A stretch of DNA of 64,000 bases, from the IMG/VR virus record IMGVR_UViG_3300037325_000203; one strand, written 5' to 3'. The stretch comes from a virus. Under the pieces are notes generated by a model. It had not been told where the DNA came from, ran no database searches, and saw only the letters and a list, made by a program, of their open reading frames with translations. Shown in pieces: positions 50,967 to 58,607 of the stretch (position 1 is the stretch's first letter; each line of letters opens with the position of its first letter). The translations under genes and the position numbers were made by a program.

Positions 50967-51009
50967 TCAATATACTCTACCTCTATCCCCTAAACCAATC
51001 CTGGTTAAT

Positions 51010-51255
51010 TTATTCCCTAATGGACAAGTTACGATAAAACTGCTCTCTCTTAATATTTTCTGCTTCTCGAATATAAAATCTACCTAGTTCATCAAGTTGA
51101 GAAGGTGTCATAAACATATCACTTACTCCACGAACCATATCTTCAGATACATAATTTTCAATCTTTACGTATACAGCTTGTGTATGTTTGTCACTTTCTC
51201 TGACTGTTACATGGAGTGAGAATGAATTATTAACAGATATACTAAGCATTGCCAT
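51010..51255 (-). CDS. Hypothetical protein
   Basis: 81 aa with a GAGG SD. Confidence 0.6.
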   Translation of the reverse strand: MAMLSISVNNSFSLHVTVRESDKHTQAVYVKIENYVSEDMVRGVSDMFMTPSQLDELGRFYIREAENIKREQFYRNLSIRE

Positions 51256-51277
51256 ACTGGCACCTCTTTCTATTAAA

Positions 51278-51353
51278 TGGTGCTGAATGTCGGATTCGAA
51301 CTGACCACATCCGCCTTACAAGAGCGGCGCTCTACCAAATGAGCTAATCCAGC
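51278..51353 (-). tRNA. tRNA-Thr(TGT)
   Basis: Canonical cloverleaf, CTTGTAA loop, CCA. Confidence 0.92.
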
Positions 51354-51372
51354 GTATACCTACTATGTATCT

Positions 51373-51401
51373 ATTATAATACTATTTATGCTATTAGTCA
51401 A
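51373..51401 (-). promoter_or_regulatory. Sigma70-type promoter for the tRNA-Thr unit
   Basis: TTGACT-N17-TATAAT. Confidence 0.75.
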
Positions 51402-51431
51402 TTATACCAGTAATTTCACCTATAATTAAAA

Positions 51432-51655
51432 ATATTAGAGGTGTGTTATTACACCAAAGATTCTAAGACATAATATACACATTGTATCAATAACCATGCC
51501 GGGCAGCAGGATACTTGGTTCGACTTTTATAGTAAAACATATGTATAACATCGACCCGAGACTTTTACCACTGTTCGGCGGCAGGCTTAATTAGTAGGAG
51601 TTCGCTTCTCACTCTTTAAAGGATGGCCACTTCTAAGCCCACCTCCCTCTAACAC
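51432..51655 (-). ncRNA. 23S rRNA L11-binding domain (H43/H44, GTPase-associated centre) mimic with a ~155-nt insertion
   Basis: 5' GUGUUAGAGG-GAGGUGGGCUUAGAAGUGGCCAUCCUUUAAAGAGU...GGUGUAAUAACACA-CCUCUAAUAU 3', closed by a 10-bp terminal helix. Confidence 0.78.
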
Positions 51656-51660
51656 TCAGC

Positions 51661-51687
51661 AGAATAGGAGCCTTACGCTCCTATTCT
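51661..51687. terminator. Strong hairpin between the Ro60-like gene and the rRNA-mimic RNA
   Basis: agaataggag-ccttacg-ctcctattct. The U tract is only on the + strand, so it probably does not stop minus-strand transcription. Confidence 0.55.
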
Positions 51688-51700
51688 TTTTTAGGACTTC

Positions 51701-53101
51701 TTAGAAATCATAGCGGGCGGTCATTACAGTTTTAAGCATAATGCTGATTGGTGTCATTTCTTCGCCACCCAATACCGACTTAACGATGCTTGGGCTAAAG
51801 CCTGACACCAAGGCTGCACCTGACTCGTTGTAAGTCACTGGACTGTTGCCGGCGCGGCCATTCAGGTTCCAGAACACAATCTGTGGCATCTCGTATCCAG
51901 CATTATTGAACTCTTGTTTTACCATTTCCATAGCGCTAACACTCACGCCCCGAGAATTGGTCGAAACGCATTGATTAAATTCCATGTCAGACAGGATAAG
52001 GAGTTTGCTCGGCATTTCGCTCTGCGGTACACCGTGCTTAACGCCGGCGTTAAGCACCAGTTTAAACACTGCCTGAATGTTTGTGCTCATTCCCCAATCG
52101 GTTCGGGCCATCTGCTCGTAGCGCTGTATTAGGTTACCCGACACCTTTTGCAAAGAAGGGGTACTACTAAAAGTAACAAATTGGTCCTTGAAAGCTCCAC
52201 TTAGTCGTTCGGACAGATATAGTCCCAGAGAGATAGATACGTCCATAGCAGTTACACTACCAGACACTTCGACGCCACTCATGGAGCCCGAGACATCTAC
52301 GATTGGCAGAATATTTTCTCTTGACCCTTCGAGGTAGTTCGGCAGTGCCGCCCATTGTGCATTCGCCACAGTTGGGTCACCGTTGTTCAATGAACGAATA
52401 ACATCGTATGGATATGCAACAGATGCATTGATCTTTGCCTCACCCGTAGCCAACTTAGCTTTGTAGTCGCCGTATCCCGCAGGATCATGCTTCAAGAAAG
52501 CTTTTTGGTAGCGCCCGGCGGCGACTGAGGGAACATGCGGATACACAATGCCAGTCCAGTCTTGCGCACACATTTTCTGCTCAACCGTGTTAGACAGACC
52601 GACCAGCAACTTACGGTACTGTTTCGGGGTCAATTTCAAGTAAGAGCGGATCTTGTTTGCTTCTGCACCCTGTCGAGGCATCCATTTTGCACACAATCCA
52701 TCTCGGGTCTCGTTCAGTGCAAACGCAATCATGCGGAGAGCTTCGCGTTCGATGGGCGAACCGAATGCAACTAGCACATCATCCCACCGACCAAGTTCGG
52801 GCGCCTTTACCAGAACTCGGGAAGCGCTTGCCGGTTCGTTCTTCAGGATATAACTAAACAATTTCCGGAATGTATCGCGCTCACCTGCGCCGCCTCTTGC
52901 ATCTCGGGCCCATTGCAATACACGAATTGCCACTTCCGAGTCTTCGACAAATGCCCCTACAAAAGTAGAGGTGATATCTTTACCGCGGCTCGCGCCGGCG
53001 AGAAAGAACAAGTCAACGTTCTTGTTCAACGAAGATGCGTTAGTAACTGCGCCGTTGGCAGTTGTAGCAGATGAATTTACGGCTTCAAATAGTGTTGTCA
53101 T
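51701..53101 (-). CDS. Ro60/TROVE-like helical protein with a C-terminal vWA (MIDAS) domain (DUF2828-like)
   Basis: WARDARGGAGER, GRWDD, AKWMPR, YRKLL; vWA motifs VDVSGSM, ILSDMEF and VFWNL. Confidence 0.85.
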   Translation of the reverse strand: MTTLFEAVNSSATTANGAVTNASSLNKNVDLFFLAGASRGKDITSTFVGAFVEDSEVAIRVLQWARDARGGAGERDTFRKLFSYILKNEPASASRVLVKAPELGRWDDVLVAFGSPIEREALRMIAFALNETRDGLCAKWMPRQGAEANKIRSYLKLTPKQYRKLLVGLSNTVEQKMCAQDWTGIVYPHVPSVAAGRYQKAFLKHDPAGYGDYKAKLATGEAKINASVAYPYDVIRSLNNGDPTVANAQWAALPNYLEGSRENILPIVDVSGSMSGVEVSGSVTAMDVSISLGLYLSERLSGAFKDQFVTFSSTPSLQKVSGNLIQRYEQMARTDWGMSTNIQAVFKLVLNAGVKHGVPQSEMPSKLLILSDMEFNQCVSTNSRGVSVSAMEMVKQEFNNAGYEMPQIVFWNLNGRAGNSPVTYNESGAALVSGFSPSIVKSVLGGEEMTPISIMLKTVMTARYDF

Positions 53102-53108
53102 AATTTAT

Positions 53109-53184
53109 CTCCAGAATTAATATTTAAAATTTGCTGTTTGAATTCTTAAAAACATAGTATGTGACAATTTACATGCTATGTCAG
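53109..53184 (-). promoter_or_regulatory. Promoter and 5'UTR stem carrying ACAGCAA, abutting the SD of the Ro60-like gene
   Basis: CTGACA-N17-CATACT; then AGAAUU-CAAACAGCAA...AAUUCU-GGAG-AUAAAUU-AUG. Confidence 0.65.
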
Positions 53185-53408
53185 GGGCGGCTACTCAAAA
53201 AGATACCAAATTGTTATTAGGTAATACAGAGGATCATCATATATTACCTAAATGCTTCAATCTCTGTGGAGAGAAAGATATAGAAAACTTTGACTTTCTT
53301 ACTGTTAAGGGGCATTTTGTTGTGCATCATCCCGTGGATCAAAGTCTGTTCGAGAAATCAACACCAACACATCATCGATGTCTACTTTGCCATCCACTAT
53401 ATCTCTAA
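53178..53408 (+). pseudogene. Degenerate HNH endonuclease remnant
   Basis: EDHHILPKC...GEKDIENFDFLTVKGHFVVH resembles the HNH core of 13904-14569 but is truncated. Confidence 0.55.
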
Positions 53409-53435
53409 CGCAACGGCTATAACTAAGTCCAGTTT

Positions 53436-53633
53436 TCATTCTTCTGCTTCGAAATGTTCCAGTAATATTACATCAATGTGAGTTTGTTCACCATCTTCCC
53501 GTATAGCAAGATAAATTTCCTTGTCCAACACACTGATGCATTCCTGCACAATCAACTGGGCGAATTTGTGATAATCAGGTCTTGGCAAGTCTTCCATGGA
53601 CTGCTTTAGCAGTTGTTCAATTCGTTCATTCAT
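53436..53633 (-). CDS. Small hypothetical phage protein
   Basis: MNERIEQL...KFAQLIVQEC...HF pattern. Confidence 0.65.
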   Translation of the reverse strand: MNERIEQLLKQSMEDLPRPDYHKFAQLIVQECISVLDKEIYLAIREDGEQTHIDVILLEHFEAEE

Positions 53634-53671
53634 GGGGTAACTCTGAAGTGTTCTTAACTAGCTTACCAAAG

Positions 53672-53760
53672 TAAGTTCGCTAATAAAATTGTTTTATTAT
53701 TGGCGGTAACGAATCTTTTGCTTAAAAATATAGTGTACTATTATTTCTTTTATCTGTCAA
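53672..53760 (-). ncRNA. Promoter plus short stem element with a variant motif (ACCGCCAA)
   Basis: TTGACA-N17-TACACT (53760-53732); then AGAUUCG-UUACCGCCAA-(AU hairpin)-CGAACUU. Confidence 0.45.
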
Positions 53761-53774
53761 CTACATTCAAAATT

Positions 53775-54012
53775 AAAACTAGGTGATCGTAATTGGTTAT
53801 TTTATTGTCTGGTCGATTTACTTTAATTACCCCGACCATATCACTAATCGTTAGTGACCGATTTCGTACTTGTGTCTGCTACGAACAACATATCGACATT
53901 CTGTCGCATATCCAATCTATTAGCGCTTAATATTTCTATCAAGTATAGCTTTGCGAGCTCACTGTCTTTGGCAACGATGCTTTATGTTTTAACTTGCTGT
54001 AATCACCTATCA
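53775..54012 (-). ncRNA. Y-RNA-like ncRNA B (~235 nt)
   Basis: Promoter TCGACA-N17-TATAAT (54047-54019); terminal stem UAGGUGAU/AUCACCUA, UACAGCAA, UUACG, multiple internal hairpins, 3' GUUUU. Confidence 0.7.
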
Positions 54013-54049
54013 AACTTTATTATATAGTAACATCATTACAATGTCGACT

Positions 54050-54275
54050 AAAAACAGAGTGGCGTAAGGAACACATAGTCTAAAAAGAATACATGTTGTA
54101 CGGCCTTACCCGTAGATCGAACCTTTTACATCGTTCTAGGATGTTTATACCACTGTAAGTCTCCTTACGCAATAGGACCAGTTTCAACGAGTTTCCTCTC
54201 CACTGGATATATATGGTACGTACAGTTACCTTTCGGTAAGTTTTTGTTTGCTGTATCCACTCTTTGTGTATAACA
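54050..54275 (-). ncRNA. Y-RNA-like ncRNA A (~215-225 nt)
   Basis: Promoter TTGACT-N18-TATAAT (54311-54282); terminal stem AGAGUGG/CCACUCU, AUACAGCAA, UUACG, internal GAAA-loop hairpin, 3' GUUUUU. Confidence 0.7.
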
Positions 54276-54347
54276 AGTTCTATTATACAGTGTGTTTACT
54301 TATCTAGTCAACCCAAATCTGCTGCAGAAACAGGTTAACATATTGTC

Positions 54348-55586
54348 TTAAGAGTTGCGTTTACCCATTAAAACAGAATCACGAATTCCGCCCTTCTTGT
54401 GAAGTTTATCAAGTTTTGCACTCATTACCGATAACTCTTCGCCATACTCTTTGAAGTATATGTCCTTTGCATTAGCTGACATACCTTTTGTTGGTACCAT
54501 CAAATTCTGAAATAGAAGAGTAACAGTTGCATATGTCTGTTCGTCCTGACTTAGTGGCCTGGCTTCATCGGCTGTAGCTCGATTACGAGAGTCAACTGAC
54601 ATCTGATCTCTTACGAGTTCTGCAACTTTAGTCTGTGCTAATTTCAAAGCAGGAGACGAATTCCATATTGCAGGGAATTCAAACGATGCAACTTCTTTAT
54701 CGTTTTCATCATAAACTGCATATCTCTTCTCATCTGGCAACACAGTATGATACGGGCGCTTTATAGCCTCTGTCATTTGTTTTGTGTCTCGAAGATAGGC
54801 TAACTCTTTATCGATAAAGTCTGCGCCTCGCTTTAGTAATCTCTTATAGTCGGGGGACTGATCTTTAGTTTTAAATATATGGGCTATATCATGCATTTCT
54901 AATTGATATACAAGAATTTTGTGCATCTTGTCGCGTACCTGGGTTATACTAAGATTAGACTTTGCCAATCTATCAATCTGCGGAACTAAAGAATGCAATA
55001 CCTGTACAAATCTTGCGTTAATTTCTGCCGGTTGGGCCAAGTAAGGCATGTCCGGTTTTCCGGGCTGTGGCGCTGTTCTGTGTGACTTGTCTTTGGGTTG
55101 AGAATATCTTCCATCGACTTTGTTGGCCTCGAATCCTGACTTAAAGTCATCTAGTGCATGTCGTAGTTCGTGTGCAATAATGGACTTTAGACTGGCTCGT
55201 CCCAATATGTCTTTATTAATCGTAATGCTTTCCTTATTACTATCCCAGACACCACGCGGGGCTCTGGCCAATTTATCGTCTTTGGCTACAAGCCCCAGGC
55301 TTCTTGCTGTGCTTAAAAAAGATTCGTCCGATTGTAAAATCAATTCTACAGAGTTTAATTCTTCCAGAGATGTATTAAAGATGTTTCCTATTTTACCGAG
55401 CTCGATTCTGTCCGAGGAACTGAAACTTGGGTCGAAGTCATCTCCATAGTCCGGATCATCATCGAGATCGAACTCATAGTCGTCGTACTCATACTCGTTC
55501 ATCTTATCCGCAATTGCTGAGGCCAATGATATGATTGCTCGGTCTTCCTCCGAAGATTCATTTAAAAATAGCTCTATCAGTCTCAT
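54348..55586 (-). CDS. Zincin-like (HExxH) metallopeptidase-domain protein, possible internal virion protein
   Basis: IIAHELRHALD...PAEINAR; MRLIELF start; ATAAATA upstream. Confidence 0.7.
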   Translation of the reverse strand: MRLIELFLNESSEEDRAIISLASAIADKMNEYEYDDYEFDLDDDPDYGDDFDPSFSSSDRIELGKIGNIFNTSLEELNSVELILQSDESFLSTARSLGLVAKDDKLARAPRGVWDSNKESITINKDILGRASLKSIIAHELRHALDDFKSGFEANKVDGRYSQPKDKSHRTAPQPGKPDMPYLAQPAEINARFVQVLHSLVPQIDRLAKSNLSITQVRDKMHKILVYQLEMHDIAHIFKTKDQSPDYKRLLKRGADFIDKELAYLRDTKQMTEAIKRPYHTVLPDEKRYAVYDENDKEVASFEFPAIWNSSPALKLAQTKVAELVRDQMSVDSRNRATADEARPLSQDEQTYATVTLLFQNLMVPTKGMSANAKDIYFKEYGEELSVMSAKLDKLHKKGGIRDSVLMGKRNS

Positions 55587-55937
55587 AGTACATCCTTTAA
55601 GATTTACTATTTATCTATTTTTGAAGTAAGAGTGGGATTGGAATATAGATCCGAAATTATTTTGTCTGTATATTCAAGCACACACATAGAATAATTGCGT
55701 ATACATCGACCTGCCTGAGCTGAGTTGATATTTCGACTCGCATGCAATGATCAGTTTACGTTTATATTCCTCATGTGGATCAACAATATCAGCGCTGAGA
55801 CAATATTCGACTGGCCCAACAGGCCCCTCTAGCATGTCACGAGCGGCAATATATTCATTTACCGCACATCGAGCAAGTTCTCATTGGTTGCCATCATACT
55901 TACACGCTACTGTAATTGTCGGTAGCAAGTGATAGAT

Positions 55938-56306
55938 TTACGCAACTGCTATACCTCGTAGAATATCAAATTCGCTGGGTCGCATTCTTCTTTCAATCAT
56001 AATATCCAGTCGGTCTTGATCACTCAGTGCTCTCCAAGAGTTAACGGCTTCTCGGTTACCCCATGCAATATCGGGTACACAGTTAATAAACCACTTTGCA
56101 ATAGAACGCAATCCATTCGGATCTATCCCCGAGTGTGCAGAGCATACTGCTCTTGTAAAGTTATTAAGTAGTACGCTTGTTCCGAAATTACCTGGATCAA
56201 GCCCGTATGCCAAATAATTCCAGAATGCTTCTTGCATTTCTTCCGGCACACCCGGGTAATGCTCGAACATATCACGAAACTGTGGATGCATTCTTCTGTA
56301 AGTCAT
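55938..56306 (-). CDS. Hypothetical protein
   Basis: 122-aa ORF in gene order. Confidence 0.65.
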   Translation of the reverse strand: MTYRRMHPQFRDMFEHYPGVPEEMQEAFWNYLAYGLDPGNFGTSVLLNNFTRAVCSAHSGIDPNGLRSIAKWFINCVPDIAWGNREAVNSWRALSDQDRLDIMIERRMRPSEFDILRGIAVA

Positions 56307-56327
56307 ATCATTTTTCTAAAATTGTAC

Positions 56328-57377
56328 TTAGTCTTTTTCTTTAAGCAAATATATGTTAGAAATCGCTTTAAAGGAGAACTTGCCGTCGACTCTCTTAAAC
56401 ACTAACCCTTCCCTGACAGGATGGGTAATGCTCGTACCTTCCGCAAATTTTAGTATGTCTGCCACAGTTTGTATACCGAGTGTATCCCTTAAATTTGCAG
56501 TGTGTGCAATAACAGGAACGTGTTCTGCCATTTTTCTATCTAACCCGAATACGTGCATGTTGTCAACAAATCCTCGACGGCTGCTCGGGGACAAATACGA
56601 TCCTTGGTCGATATCGTAGATGTCAAAGATATACAGTTTAGCAGCGGATAATCCCTCTCGATTCTGTTGTATACCCGGGCCCATAAGTTCCCCTTGTACC
56701 GCGTAATTCTGCCGTAAAGACGCTAATACTGACTGTAGTCCGGAGTCGACGAACATACGAACATAGGAGTTACCTCCATTCGTATCGTCAACACTTAATT
56801 CCCAATTCCTGCTACACACACCTGTGTCGCCATTGTTGTAATACGCAGTGAACGAAGTCCCGTCTAGCTTTAGAGAAACTTCGAACTTCGAATCAAATTC
56901 AGCGAATATATCAGCGCCAATATTCTGGCAACGCTCTTGCTCAGTTTTACTAATAAAGGACGGAAAATTTCCTCGAACCACACCGGCAAGTTCTGCGGGT
57001 ATTTGAGCTTCCCACTTCTTAATTCCTAAATTAGCTGTAACGTCTGTGTCAACAGAAAGTGTACCATTAGTACTGCCGAGTACAGACAAAGAACATACGA
57101 ATCCTTGACTAAGCTGTCCGCGTAATTTAATAGTTTTCAGTCTATGGCCCTTATTCCCCTCAAATATGCGCGAGCGTTTTTCAACAAGATGTTGCCAAGC
57201 CGGGTTATCATCAGGTAAAAAACTATCTACCTCGCAATAAATGCAAAGTTCTCCTACATAGAATTCTCCCTTCTTTACAACGGCTTGCCACCCGTCGATC
57301 TTAGCCAACACAATGAGGTCGGCACCTTCGATCGGCAATAGTTCGTCAATTTTTCTAATTGTTGCTAAGTTTCTCAT
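56328..57377 (-). CDS. RNA ligase, DRB0094/Rnl2-like family
   Basis: N-terminal OB-like LATIRKI...PIEGAD...GWQAVVKKGEF; KLDGTS, QGELMGPGIQ, FDIYD, REGLVFK and FKAISN motifs. Confidence 0.9.
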   Translation of the reverse strand: MRNLATIRKIDELLPIEGADLIVLAKIDGWQAVVKKGEFYVGELCIYCEVDSFLPDDNPAWQHLVEKRSRIFEGNKGHRLKTIKLRGQLSQGFVCSLSVLGSTNGTLSVDTDVTANLGIKKWEAQIPAELAGVVRGNFPSFISKTEQERCQNIGADIFAEFDSKFEVSLKLDGTSFTAYYNNGDTGVCSRNWELSVDDTNGGNSYVRMFVDSGLQSVLASLRQNYAVQGELMGPGIQQNREGLSAAKLYIFDIYDIDQGSYLSPSSRRGFVDNMHVFGLDRKMAEHVPVIAHTANLRDTLGIQTVADILKFAEGTSITHPVREGLVFKRVDGKFSFKAISNIYLLKEKD

Positions 57378-57831
57378 TTGATTTCTCACTTATTGTTTTA
57401 AGAATAGCTTCGTGATGAGGCCAATCCGGGCTGTGTGTTGTAAGTGACCTTACCTGCTCGCCAAAGACTAGAGAAAACATAATCGCCGATTCTTTTGTCT
57501 GAAAACTAAATCGATACCAACAGTTCGTAACCTTGTACGACGCAACATTGTACGAATCATTATGAGTCCTTTTATTGTCTGAGTACATTGTATAACTCAA
57601 ATCAACGTCGTCCATTATGACTGTTTCTATTAGTGCAGATTCTATCCACTGGCGTATCTTTACCTTAGGGACTGGACTATTTCCGTATTTACTATTATAC
57701 ATATACACATGATATGGATAATCCGGACTAGGCCATATATAAGAATATCTTTGACTAGATGTACAATATGCGTCTGTAAAATACCACTCCGCCATATTCT
57801 GTATTTCGTGTTTAGCAACCAATGTTCCCAT
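57355..57831 (-). CDS. Hypothetical protein
   Basis: 158-aa ORF. Confidence 0.6.
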   Translation of the reverse strand: MGTLVAKHEIQNMAEWYFTDAYCTSSQRYSYIWPSPDYPYHVYMYNSKYGNSPVPKVKIRQWIESALIETVIMDDVDLSYTMYSDNKRTHNDSYNVASYKVTNCWYRFSFQTKESAIMFSLVFGEQVRSLTTHSPDWPHHEAILKTISEKSNEKLSNN

Positions 57832-58015
57832 ATTGTAGTATATTTAGAAAAGCCGTATAAATGCAGCTTTGTGTGGACACGATTATATTTACTTCTAGTC
57901 TTTGTATTTTAATTGGGCTCATGACATTCCTTCGTATATTTTGTATTCATACTCCTAATCAGGAGAATGCAACTTGCCTACTGTAGTTATACTATATACA
58001 TCAACTATGTCTGTG

Positions 58016-58300
58016 TCAACCAATAAGTGTAGCGACTAATATGTAGTCACGTGTCATATCTATATCTGTATTTATTTTTTCCAAATATGGAATTAAAGAA
58101 GTCTTGTTGCTTCGTTGTCTAAAAACAACTTCCAATCTGGATAATGCAGTAATATCTTTGTCTATATTATCTATTATCTTTTTTATATCTTTGAAATTGG
58201 ATAGTTTTCTGGAACTCTTTATAAGATCATACTTTATTGAATTCCAATCAGTAGCTGTCTTTATTATCTTCATATATTTCTGAATATACTTGTCTGTCAA
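58016..58300 (-). CDS. Hypothetical protein
   Basis: 94-aa helical ORF. Confidence 0.55.
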   Translation of the reverse strand: MTDKYIQKYMKIIKTATDWNSIKYDLIKSSRKLSNFKDIKKIIDNIDKDITALSRLEVVFRQRSNKTSLIPYLEKINTDIDMTRDYILVATLIG

Positions 58301-58344
58301 ATGATCCGATTCTGGTTATTATAAAGTCGTAAAATAAATGTCGT

Positions 58345-58372
58345 AAAAAATAGCAGGAATTTCCTGCTATTT
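58345..58372. terminator. Bidirectional intrinsic terminator
   Basis: aaaaaatagcagg-aattt-cctgctatttt. Confidence 0.75.
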
Positions 58373-58540
58373 TAGAGATAGATGACCGTATATCAACGAC
58401 TTATTCACAGCTTCAGTCGACCCATGGTGTTACATATTTTTCCTTAGTTAGTTAATGTCCCGGTCCGGGAACCTAATGTTTACACTAGGATTTTAAAAAT
58501 AGGAGTTTGCATACTACCATTGGTATTATAGCACAATATA

Positions 58541-58595
58541 TTGTTGCGGACAGTTGGATTTGAACCAACAAGCTATCAGGCTGCTCCGTGCCGCG
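58541..58595 (-). pseudogene. Initiator-tRNA-like element lacking the anticodon arm
   Basis: CGCGGCACGGAGCAGCCTGATAGCT joined directly to TGTTGGTTCAAATCCAAC..CCGCAACAA; C1-A72 mismatch and an fMet-like D arm. Confidence 0.65.
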
Positions 58596-58607
58596 AATAC
58601 TATTTAG

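Noticed and set aside
51611-51650. A 23S rRNA gene or host rRNA contamination
   Set aside because: Similarity is limited to H43/H44, split by a non-rRNA insert and closed by a phage-specific helix between phage genes; no other rRNA sequence was seen.
53100-54311. CRISPR- or TIGR-like guide array
   Set aside because: Units differ in length, each has its own promoter and they share only a short motif; the adjacent protein is TROVE/vWA-like, not Cas or Nop-domain.
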